NCBI GenBank assembly: GCA_036630325.1
Contig: CP142732.1
Location: 806,001 to 870,000 of the forward strand
Source of the DNA: Vairimorpha necatrix
Lineage: Eukaryota
Direction of reading: 5' to 3'
Length of the DNA stretch: 64,000 nucleotides
Under the pieces are notes generated by a model. The model searched no databases. It saw only the letters and a program-made list of their open reading frames with translations, and was not told where the DNA came from. Shown piece by piece: positions 46,774 to 56,677 of the stretch (positions are counted from its first letter, which is position 1; every line of letters begins with the position of its first letter). A program made the translations under genes and the position numbers.

Positions 46774-49540
46774 TCAACTAATTTGAGAAGTATCCCGTTT
46801 TATATGACATTTGTTTACCCTTAATTCTCCGTTGTTATCGGTTCTTTCTACCATATATGCATCTTCGCTGATTATTTCGGATATCTTATAACCGTGTGTC
46901 CATTTGGAACTTAATTTATCTTTGCCTGGGATATCTCTAAAAATGATCACGCGTTCCCCGATATTAAATTTTGTTTTTACGTCTTTATGTCCCTTGACTA
47001 TTCTTTTTTTGTATTTAATGAAATTTTTATCTCTCTTTTCTACGAGGTATTGTTTTGAATACATTTTCGGCTTGATATTCAATCTCTTATCTATTTCTGT
47101 CATTAGTTGATGTCCATGCTTCATTATGTATGGAGATGTTCCTATTGCGCGATTGAATGACAAATTAACCGCTAGTGTTGCTTCCTTTAAAAAAGGACTC
47201 CAATTTAATTCTCCAAAGCAAGACAACCGTCTTATTACGTTTTTTAGAGTCTGGTTTACTCTTTCCACTGCTCCTGTTGTTTGGTGATGGTATGGGGACC
47301 CAAATTCCCACTTGATATTGTATTTATTTTGAAGTGATAGCACTTCTTTATTGTTGAACTCTAACCCGTTGTCCGTCAAAATTCTATCAGGAATTCCATG
47401 TTTTTTTATAATTAGTTCTTCGATAGCTTTGTATATTTCGTGCCCTGTTTTATTTTTGATTATTTTTGTTTCAATCCATTTCGTGTAATGATCTATCGCT
47501 ACGAAAACATATTTTGAACCCGAGATTTCATACATTCTACCCATTAAATCGATTTCTCACACTTCGTTTGGCTTATCTGCGCAGATTACCTTATTTTTTG
47601 TTTTAACCTTTGGTCCTCCTGCTCTTAGACAGATACTACATTTTGAGCTAATTTTCTATATCCTTATACATTCCTTTCCAATTGTAGTTTCGGGAAATCA
47701 TAAACTTCATTGTGTTAACTGACCCATGTCCAGAAATCCTATGATATTCTGTTATTATGTCCTCTTTATCTTTGTTGTCCAGTTCTTCGGCGTTAATGTT
47801 ATTTATTTCTTCACTATTATAAAACCTACTAAATCCATCGGCAATGTTGTTTCCCCCTTTTTTATGTTCCAATTCAAAGTCGTATTCTGCGAGTTTTAAG
47901 GACCACCTGAGCAGCCTACTAGAAGGGTCTTTTGTGCTCATTAAGTATATGAGAGCTTTGTGGTCCGTTCTATGTTTAAACTTCCTTCCTAATAAGTAAT
48001 GTCTAAAGTGGTTAATCCCTTTAACCAAGGCTAGTAATTCTTTATCCGTCACTGAATAATTTTTTTGACAATTATCTAATCTTTTCTAAACGCGGATATC
48101 ATTTTCTCTTCTCCATGATCATTCTCCTGGAGTAACACTGCACCAATACCCGAGTCCGATGCATCTGTCAAAAATATAAAGTCCTTTTTAAAGTTCGGTT
48201 GAGTTCGTACAGTATTTTTTTCCATTTGGCGTTTAGTTCTATTAAAAGCAGCCAATTGATCTTCCGTAAGTGTGATTTTTTTACTTGAGTTTTGTCTCTC
48301 CCCTCTAAGTATGTCATATAATGGACTAGTGCGATTCTATCTCCTTCACGAAGTCTTTACAATAATTAACTGTTCCCAAGAAACCTCTGAGCTCTTTAAT
48401 AGACGTGGGAATTGGGTACGTTTGAATGTGACTAATTTTCTCTGGGTCTACTTTAATGCATCCATTCCCAATAATATTTCCTAATATTTTGATTTCATTC
48501 TTGTAGAATTTACATTTTTTTAAGTTTAATGATAGTCCTGAGGCTCTTATTTTTCCTAATACTATTTTTACATGTACGTTGTGTTCCGCTTTCATTCTAG
48601 AGTATATTATAATGTCATCTAGGTATGGTATTAAGAATTTTCTGTTTTCCATTCTAAAAATATTGTCCATGGCTCTCTGGAAAGGGGCAGGAGCATTGCA
48701 TAGTCCGAAGGGCATTCTGTTGTATTCATAAAGCCTTCCTTTAAATGAGAACGCTGTCTTCTCTTTATCTTCTTCTTCCAAGAGCAATTGTTGGAATCCA
48801 CACGTAGCGTCTAACAAAGTGAAAATCGATGCCCCTGCAACACGGTCAAAAATCTCGTCGATCCTTGGAGACATATATGAATCCTTAATAGTGATTGCAT
48901 TTAATCCTCTGTAATCTATGCACATCCTCCAAGTTTTGTCTGGCTTCGGGACCATTACTATCCTGCTACACCATGGGCTTTTACTATCCCTTATTATTCC
49001 TAACTTTAACAATTTATTTATTTCGGTTTCTATTATTTCCTCTTGTGCAATAGGTATCCTGCCATTTCTCTGACAGATTATCTTATTACTATTTGTTTGC
49101 ACGCTATGTTTTCCTGCAGTACAAAGATTAAATTCGCTTATCTCCGTTTTAAATAAATCCTTATATTCTTCCTTAATAAGAGTCTCATTCTCCTCTATAA
49201 CGGTTACGACTTGTTTTTCATGTCCCAATTTAAATGTTCTGATTAATTCGATAATTAACTCTGTGTTTTTTTTGATAACCTCTGACCCTAAAATTATATA
49301 TTTTGTATTTTTCATTATAAGAGGAGAAAACGTAATATCTCTACCATTTATCTTTACAACACAGTTTTTTATTTGGCCTATTATGTTTAATGGTTGACTT
49401 CCCGCGCCTTTAACGATTCCCGAGTAATTTAATATCTGTTTATGTAAATGTGATGGTACGTCTTTTTGGTCTATTATCGAGACGTCTGCTCCCGTGTCTA
49501 AAAGAATTTTCCTTTTATTATTATATAGAGTACCTACGAG
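46774..49540 (-). pseudogene. pol: pol (protease-RT-RNase H-integrase), broken by frameshifts and a stop
   Basis: LLDTGA protease (~49480-49495), RT MPFGLCNAP and YLDDII, RNase H LTDAS...NYSVTDKELLA...TDHKAL, integrase H-H-C-C, EIDL, TDNG, AVERVN. Frame breaks near 48340, 48086 and 47648; TGA at 47557-47559. Confidence 0.9.
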
Positions 49541-50424
49541 AAAAATGGGTTACTTTGGTCTATGACCCCAAACAAGTAATTAAAACTGTCTTTATTGTCC
49601 AAATCGTAATTATCTTTTTCAATTTGTTCCTCATTAGTGTTAACCTTCTTCGTCGAAATTCTTTTACGTTCATTTTCCAACATTTCAGTGAGTCTCAAAC
49701 ATTCCTTTGTGTAATGAGATCCTTCCCCATGTAACATGCAATATTTGCGGTTGTTTAGTGAACTGCCGTAATTTCCGCTGTTATTTGGCCCTCTGCCGTA
49801 ATTTCCCTTGTTATTTGGCCCTCTGCCAAAATCATTATTGTTGTATAGCCCTCTGCCATAATTTCCATTATTTTTTATAGTTCTATCTGGTCTTACTTCG
49901 ACCCTTGATAAAATTTTATCTGGATATGGTATCCATGCCATTTCTTCAGCTCTCTGAATGAAATCTTCCCATGTTTCCACATTTGAAGCTGCCTGGAATA
50001 GTATCGCTTTAATTTCTATGGGCGATTTGTTTATTACCATCTGACATAAAGCTGGAAAGTTAATTAAGTGTCTTTCAAATATAATTGTTGCTTCATACAA
50101 CATCTTTGAATATTCCTCCCTGGTCTCAGGCGTGGGTCTTTCCAAAAATCTGCTAAGAGTAATATCATTATTTTTATTAGATCCAAATCTTTTTTTCATC
50201 ATAGAAATCAGTTCTTGTAGTCCAATGGTGCCAATTTTCCCTCCTATAACTTGTGAAACCCAAGACAAAGCCGTTCCTTTCATCTTCCATACAAAAGCCT
50301 TCACCAGATCTTTTTCAGACCATTCTGCCACTTCACCCAAGATCATCATATCTCTTATCCAGATATTTATATCCTCTTCTGGTTCCCCTGCGAAATAGTT
50401 AACGTTGTTGGTCGTTGTCGCCAT
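49534..50424 (-). CDS. gag: Gag
   Basis: FAGEPEEDINIWI...WKMKGTALSW capsid-like region, GNYGRGPNN repeats, and a CX2HX4HX4C knuckle (CMLHGEGSHYTKEC). The frame is open further upstream into the LTR (to 50499). Confidence 0.85.
   Translation of the reverse strand: MATTTNNVNYFAGEPEEDINIWIRDMMILGEVAEWSEKDLVKAFVWKMKGTALSWVSQVIGGKIGTIGLQELISMMKKRFGSNKNNDITLSRFLERPTPETREEYSKMLYEATIIFERHLINFPALCQMVINKSPIEIKAILFQAASNVETWEDFIQRAEEMAWIPYPDKILSRVEVRPDRTIKNNGNYGRGLYNNNDFGRGPNNKGNYGRGPNNSGNYGSSLNNRKYCMLHGEGSHYTKECLRLTEMLENERKRISTKKVNTNEEQIEKDNYDLDNKDSFNYLFGVIDQSNPFFS
50411..50423 (-). promoter_or_regulatory. Primer-binding site (TGGCGACAACGAC), probably tRNA-Ser
   Basis: TGG directly follows the 5' LTR; complementary to the ...GUUGUCGCCA 3' end seen in some eukaryotic tRNA-Ser (from recall, unverified for this host). 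Confidence 0.6.
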
Positions 50425-50547
50425 GTCGTTAAATCGTTTATTAATATTTTCCATCCCCTCTTTCCAGCATGAATTTATATAGTTTAATTGACCAATCATC
50501 TTGCAACAATTGTATCATATTTTGTGGCCCCTGTACTGGCCACGACA
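50424..50547 (-). repeat. 5' LTR
   Basis: Identical to 46645-46768. Confidence 0.95.
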
Positions 50548-51637
50548 GTGAGTTTTTAAATTTTTCAATTTTCCTTTATCTTATTGATATTATTTGTTAC
50601 TGACTGTTTTCAAATCTTTGTAGACTTTCATTACTTTCAAACTGTTGTATGACTTAGTTATTTTACGCCTTTTAAATCTATTTTACGTTAAATATTTGTA
50701 CTCGAAGGTATTTGTAAATACTTATTAGAAACGTCTATGATTGCTGTATAGCTAATAAGATATTTGTTTCTTATCTTAAATATAAAACATTTCCATGGAA
50801 ATCGTTCAATTAATAGTTTATTGTTGCGGTCAAGTACAGGCTATTTACGTCTAGCTGAAAACGCACTTTGAGGTCGAAAAAATATAGGTTCAACGATATG
50901 CTAAGCCTTATATGAGTTATACAAAGCCTTTAATTTGAGCACTAGAAAGATATACTAAACTAAATTAAGAGACTAGATGAATTAGAACAAAAGGGGCGTT
51001 GGCGCCATCATACAGTATTCTAAAACGCGCTAGCCGAAACTTGTGGGATGCATTGAGTTATTATCTTTCCGGGCTAGTATGACGATGTTTCACTCTGGCT
51101 TTTCAAACCTTCCTTAATAATTATATCTTTTTGAGTGCTATATAGAAATAAATCGTAACGGAACTATTAGATCCAATTACAATAAATTTTTCTAAGCTTG
51201 CTACACTAACAAGTTTAATGGAGGGAGTTTTAGTAAGTAAGAATCTCACAGTATTATTAGGACGAGGATCCAGTTTAAGTTCTTCGTAGTCTCATGTAAA
51301 GTTTTTTCAATATTTTCACATGTAAGAAAACGACGATAGATCTCACTGTTCTTTTTTTTCTTAAACTTCTATATTTCCATCCTACTTTAAAAGAATGTGC
51401 CCATGGGGCTATTAGAATTTGCTCTCAATCCGTATTTTATTAAGACCGGATTACTTTGTCTTTTGATGTACTTTCTGTGATATTTATTTCTCAAATGTAT
51501 AGAAATAAGATCTTGTCCAGTCTTCATTTTGTCTGTAAGAAGCTCGTTTTCTTTTCTTTCCGTAAAATATCCATAATATTTTTTTTTCCGTTTTACTGGT
51601 GCGTTGTTTTTTTTATTTATGCTGATTTTTCCCCCCA

Positions 51638-52249
51638 ATGATTAAAAAGATCCAGAAATCCAATAAAAAATCTCTCAAATTATTAAACAAAGTAGATTTC
51701 AGACTTCCATACCAAGTCTTAATAGACGACACATTCATAAATAACATGAACAAATATGGTAAAAGATATAAACATCTAAAAGAGACATTTAAAAGTGAGC
51801 CGAAATTATTTTTTACCAAATGTATATTAAACAAATATAAAAGTTTAAACAAAGAATATGAAAATGACATAAGTGACAATTGTGAAATGGTCAAATGTCC
51901 CCACACAGACAAGTCAGATGTTCTAAAATGTTTGTCTTTCGTATTTAGAAGATTTAATAAAAATCATTATATAGTCGGAACATCTAATAAAGAAATAATG
52001 GACAAGTACAGAGACAGAAGTGACGTTCCACTTTTAAATTTCAATAAAGGACAAATTAAGCTATTTATTAATACTGAGAAAATACCAGAGAAATCTATTT
52101 ATTCTACAGAAGCTACAAAAAAAGAATTAGAAAGACTTGAGAAGATTTTTGGAAATGACAAACAAGAAGTTTCAGAAGAATCTGAAAAATTCGAAGATGT
52201 GAACATTGAAGAATTAGAAGTTTCAAATGACAAAGAACCAGAAGAATAA
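51638..52249 (+). CDS. UTP23: SSU processome PIN-domain protein Utp23
   Basis: FRLPYQVLIDDTF, C.H......C, NKNHYIVGT and DVPLL motifs; CCCCCCA-ATG. Confidence 0.82.
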   Translation: MIKKIQKSNKKSLKLLNKVDFRLPYQVLIDDTFINNMNKYGKRYKHLKETFKSEPKLFFTKCILNKYKSLNKEYENDISDNCEMVKCPHTDKSDVLKCLSFVFRRFNKNHYIVGTSNKEIMDKYRDRSDVPLLNFNKGQIKLFINTEKIPEKSIYSTEATKKELERLEKIFGNDKQEVSEESEKFEDVNIEELEVSNDKEPEE

Positions 52250-52286
52250 AAATTTTTATTTTTTTTTTAATTTTTTTTTTAATCCC

Positions 52287-53111
52287 ATGGTTAACCCGAA
52301 ATTTAATAAAGATCTCGGCCAACATATTCTGAAAAATATGGGAGCTATAGACACAATCTTAGAAAAAGCAAAAATAAAATCAACAGACGTGATTCTAGAG
52401 ATAGGAGGTGGTACAGGAAATTTAACTATGAAAATGTTACCAAAATGTAAAAAACTAATTTGTTATGAAATGGACCCAAGATTGGCATCTGAGCTTGTAA
52501 AAAAAGTCAATGTAAATCGAGAATATCAAAATAAATTTCAACTTTTTATTGGGGACGCTATGAAACAAGATTTTCCATATTTCGATATGTGTATTAGTAA
52601 TTTACCCTATCAAATTAGTAGTCCTTTTGTTTTTAAATTGTTAACTTACAATTTTAAATGTGCTTACATTATGTTCCAGAAAGAATTTGCCGATCGGCTT
52701 ATTGCTAGACCAGGCTCGCAAGATTATTGTAGATTGTCTGTGTCTGTTCAATTATTGGCACAAGTAGATCATGTTTTAAAAATTAAAAAAAATTCTTTTG
52801 TTCCTCCTCCTAAAGTAGAGTCTGCAGTTATTAGATTTGAACCAAAAGTACCGCGGCCAGTTTTGAATTTTGAAGATTTCGACGGCATGTTGAAAATATG
52901 TTTTTTACGAAAAAATAAAACTTTATTGGCTAATTTTAGAGGGTCGACATTTTTAAAAAATAATAAGAAGAAGAAAGAAGACGCAGAAGAGTTTATTAAG
53001 AATATTCTGAGTAAACTTGAATTTGGAAATAAAAGGGCGACGAAGATGGACACTGATGATTTTTTAGAATTATATCTAGAATTTAAAAAAAATGATATAG
53101 ATTTTATATAA
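52287..53111 (+). CDS. DIM1: 18S rRNA dimethyladenosine transferase Dim1
   Basis: NKDLGQHILKN, LEIGGGTGNLT, SNLPYQISSP, FQKEFA.RL, FVPPPKVES. Start at CCC-ATG 52287. Confidence 0.95.
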   Translation: MVNPKFNKDLGQHILKNMGAIDTILEKAKIKSTDVILEIGGGTGNLTMKMLPKCKKLICYEMDPRLASELVKKVNVNREYQNKFQLFIGDAMKQDFPYFDMCISNLPYQISSPFVFKLLTYNFKCAYIMFQKEFADRLIARPGSQDYCRLSVSVQLLAQVDHVLKIKKNSFVPPPKVESAVIRFEPKVPRPVLNFEDFDGMLKICFLRKNKTLLANFRGSTFLKNNKKKKEDAEEFIKNILSKLEFGNKRATKMDTDDFLELYLEFKKNDIDFI

Positions 53112-53743
53112 AAAATAAAAAAAATTTACTTTAACATTTGTCTCATCTTAAAAAAGTATAAGTCTTTTTTTTATAAAGTACAAAACATCTATGGCGAATT
53201 GCACACGAGCTTTGATTACCGAATGTTTTTCGTGCCTTAAATGGTTTTTTTTTTTTTGGGGGGGGGGGGGTAAATATTAGTGTGGCGTCATGTAGTCCAA
53301 TTTATATTCTAAAATACTACATTACTGTAATTTGATTGATAAGGAAGCTATTTGAAGTTTAATTTATTTCTTTTTTGCATTCTAAATATTCTTTATTGCC
53401 TTACTAAATGAAATTTGTAAAATTTTTTAATATCCTTAATTGTTAGATCATTGAATCAAATACATAGAGCACATATTGAATTTCTTAATCTATTATAAAT
53501 GCTCCATTGCTCATGGCATGTTTTTTTGACGTACGTTTTAAAGATATAAACTAATGCATACGAATTTGCCGCACTTTTTGTTGTTTAAATATTAAATTTA
53601 TTAATCTAATATAAACCTCTTTATAGTGAAATTTAGAATATATTCTTACAGATTATAAATTATTAAACTATGATTAAATTTTATCTTGTTATTCAAAACT
53701 ATCAAATACACAAAAAAGTAATATTCAATTTTTTATTTTTTTT

Positions 53744-54448
53744 TTATTTTTCACATTCATTAATCAAATCCTTAAAATATTTCTTCTCTACCAATATTTC
53801 TATATTAATATGATCGATTATTTTAATCATCTGATGGTCAATAAACTCACTCAAAAAATTAAAAACAAGATTTTTCTTAAAAATCATTAATTTTTTTTTT
53901 ATTTTATCAAACAAATTATTTACAGATACATTTGTATTATCAAATTCCAATAAATTTTTAAATGTAAATTTACTATTTTTTGATCCATTTCTTATTACAT
54001 TTAAATATCCTTCTTTTTTATCTTCTTTAATTTCTGTAAATTCTACATCATAGTCTTCGTAAGTCGTCAAGTCGCGCATTACGAGATTTAAATCTTCAAA
54101 TTTTTGATAATTTAGTTCTTTGTTCATTTTTTCAAATGTAAAAATTAGTCTAAAATTTGTTTTTTTAAAATATGAGGAATATTTAAAGTCGAAGTCTATT
54201 AGAATCAGAATGAGGTTACTAGAGAAATCTGATAAGTTTTTATGATTTTTTTTTAATTTTTTGTTTAGTTCGAAGATAATGTCAGATATTTTGTAAAAAT
54301 TCATATCAAACTGGAATGCGCTAGGGAACATTTTAGCGAGAATATTTTTTTTAGATCCAAATCCGAAGTAAAGAATGTTGAAATTTTTTAATAAGTCTGT
54401 GTGTTCTTTTTTACAAGACAAATGGAATTTGAGAAGTTTCTGAGGCAT
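53744..54448 (-). CDS. ORC2: Origin recognition complex subunit 2 (reduced)
   Basis: FNILYFGFGSKK..L, DLTTY..Y..E and LSEFIDHQMI motifs typical of ORC2. Confidence 0.75.
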   Translation of the reverse strand: MPQKLLKFHLSCKKEHTDLLKNFNILYFGFGSKKNILAKMFPSAFQFDMNFYKISDIIFELNKKLKKNHKNLSDFSSNLILILIDFDFKYSSYFKKTNFRLIFTFEKMNKELNYQKFEDLNLVMRDLTTYEDYDVEFTEIKEDKKEGYLNVIRNGSKNSKFTFKNLLEFDNTNVSVNNLFDKIKKKLMIFKKNLVFNFLSEFIDHQMIKIIDHINIEILVEKKYFKDLINECEK

Positions 54449-54659
54449 CTTTTAGGGGAAGAATAAAAATAATATTTTTTTAATATTAATGAATTTTATA
54501 TGACTTTTAAATTTATCTTTGGAAATTTTTACTATAGCCTCAGTTATATTTTAATTTAGTCTATATTGATATTTATAATATTATTTATAAAAAAAGTTAG
54601 TATTGGATTTATGAAATTATTATGACGAGAATATAAAAGTTTACATCTTTTTTTTATTT

Positions 54660-56540
54660 TTAAAATTTTTTTATCTTTAAATTTTCATTAACTTCCAATA
54701 TCTCATTCATTATAAGCCTATACTTCATTAATATCCAATCTTCATCTTTCTGATACAAATACGGTATCCCAAACACTTCTTTCTCCCTCTCTATTTTTTT
54801 TATTATCTCCCTTTGATTTTTATTAAATTTTTTCTTACTATGCCTTAAATTAAAAACTATTCTATCTCGTATACCTCTACTCATACATTTATATCTCATT
54901 ACATACATACTATAATCTTCATACTCGTATTTATAATGTAAAGTTATATTACTTTTCCGATTAGTTATAAGAAAAAACGACTTGTTCCCATTTTCATGAA
55001 TATCTAAGGTTTCGACATTATAAATGTCCAGTAATTTGCCATTTAAATTTAGTATTAGAATATAATCAGCTATTAATATTAATTTGTACTTGTCACTTGT
55101 TATTTCATCAATATAAAGATCTTTGACGTCATATAAGTCGTATTTTATACATAATTCCCATGTCTTTTCTTTTTTAAATTGGATATCTGTCAAATTATCG
55201 CACAATAAGACGAATTTTCTGATTTTTATTAGAAAAAATTTCAAGGGTAAATACCCCAATGAGTCGGGGTGGGTGTATGATAATATTTTAGATAATAAAG
55301 CGTTATATTTTGTTAATCTTTGTGTCATGATATTGAATGTGTCTCTTAATAAATCGATGTTAAAATTTTTTATCTTACAATTTTTTAAAATGCTTTCTGA
55401 AAAAATTGAAAAATTTTTAAAAGAGTAAAAATATTCCAAATTTTTATATAAAATTGTAGATAGTTTTTCTGTGAGATCATTTTCGTCATTTACGAAAATG
55501 ATTTTATTTTCTTTATATTCGTCTAATTTTAAAGTGAGGTCTGCATTTGAAGTGAGATCTAAATTTGAAGTGAGATCTGCATTTGAAGTTTCATTAAATT
55601 TATAAGTGTCTTGGTCAAATTTAAAATCTAAATTTTTATATTCATCGAAATTTGAACTATATTCTTGATTTTTGTCTGGTTTAAAAATGTCTTGTAATGT
55701 ATAATCCACTTTTTTATATTTAAACATATTAAATGTATTTACTAGATCACTTACAAATCTTTTAGACAAAAAATATAATTTTTCAAAATCTTTAAAATAT
55801 TCATTAAATTTGTAAATTTCAAGTTTTTCTTTTTGTATCAAAATCCCGTTATAATACATTTTGTTCATAATTATTAAAACTTCCAATTCTGTAGATATAA
55901 GTTCATGAATTACAGTACTTAAGCCATTTTCTATATTTTTATAATTAATTCCCAAATTTTCTAAATCTTCAGAAGTGACATTTAGTTCGTCGAAATGTTT
56001 TACATCTTCGATTTTCTCGTTTTTTAGTTCTATTTCTAAGAAATCTCTGAGTATAAAATTTTCTATTTCTTCAGCGTAGAAATAGTTTAATTCTGAGATT
56101 CTGTTTTTTAGATTTTCTATCTTAAACTTGTTTATATTTGATAAGACGAATGTTTTGATTAAATTGTTAAGTGGTTGTCTTGTTCTATTAGAAGTTAATG
56201 ATACGATATTAGAAGTTAAAAAAGAGAAGACATTATCAAAGAGAGTAGATCTAGTATTAAGTTGGAGATCCCAGTTGTTTATAAAATGCCTGAAATATTT
56301 ATCAAATGACATAAATAATATTTGTTCTTCTTTTAGTTGTGAGTTTGTGTATTCAAATTCTAATAAGCCCAAAATTGATCTGCAGTAAACAAAAGTGGTA
56401 TTTTCTTTAGAAATTAAAGAAATACAAATAGAGCCAAATTCCTCAATGTAAGTTATAAAACTTCTAGAGGAGTGATATTTCTTAGGGAACATGTCAATAT
56501 AATAAGAAAAGTCTTCATCTATAATATTTTCACCACCCAT
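54660..56540 (-). CDS. Dbl-homology (RhoGEF) domain protein
   Basis: VIHELISTE and QRLTKYNALLSKILSYT DH motifs, followed by a possible PH region; internal TSNADL x3 repeat. Confidence 0.7.
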   Translation of the reverse strand: MGGENIIDEDFSYYIDMFPKKYHSSRSFITYIEEFGSICISLISKENTTFVYCRSILGLLEFEYTNSQLKEEQILFMSFDKYFRHFINNWDLQLNTRSTLFDNVFSFLTSNIVSLTSNRTRQPLNNLIKTFVLSNINKFKIENLKNRISELNYFYAEEIENFILRDFLEIELKNEKIEDVKHFDELNVTSEDLENLGINYKNIENGLSTVIHELISTELEVLIIMNKMYYNGILIQKEKLEIYKFNEYFKDFEKLYFLSKRFVSDLVNTFNMFKYKKVDYTLQDIFKPDKNQEYSSNFDEYKNLDFKFDQDTYKFNETSNADLTSNLDLTSNADLTLKLDEYKENKIIFVNDENDLTEKLSTILYKNLEYFYSFKNFSIFSESILKNCKIKNFNIDLLRDTFNIMTQRLTKYNALLSKILSYTHPDSLGYLPLKFFLIKIRKFVLLCDNLTDIQFKKEKTWELCIKYDLYDVKDLYIDEITSDKYKLILIADYILILNLNGKLLDIYNVETLDIHENGNKSFFLITNRKSNITLHYKYEYEDYSMYVMRYKCMSRGIRDRIVFNLRHSKKKFNKNQREIIKKIEREKEVFGIPYLYQKDEDWILMKYRLIMNEILEVNENLKIKKF

Positions 56541-56606
56541 GTTGTTTTAGGGCGAAGAAAACATAAACATTTATTTATGCATATTAAATTTGTATTTAAG
56601 ATTTAA

Positions 56607-56645
56607 ACATTTATTTATGCATATTTTATATGCATAAATAAATGT
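56607..56645. repeat. Perfect 18-bp inverted repeat (3-nt loop) plus an extra direct copy at 56567-56584
   Basis: ACATTTATTTATGCATAT-TTT-ATATGCATAAATAAATGT. Confidence 0.85.
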
Positions 56646-56677
56646 CATCTTATATATATTTATTCATAAGTTACTTT

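Larger units (their letters stand above)
46645..50547 (-). mobile_element. Ty3/gypsy LTR retrotransposon, full length (3903 bp), coding region disrupted
   Basis: Two identical 124-bp LTRs with TGTCGT...ACGACA ends and a 5-bp TSD GTGAG (46640-46644 / 50548-50552); domain order gag-PR-RT-RH-IN. Confidence 0.95.

Noticed and set aside
49534-49548. Programmed -1 frameshift at the gag-pol junction
   Set aside because: CCA TTT TTC is not a canonical slippery heptamer. One lost T restores a single ORF, and the element has other indels.
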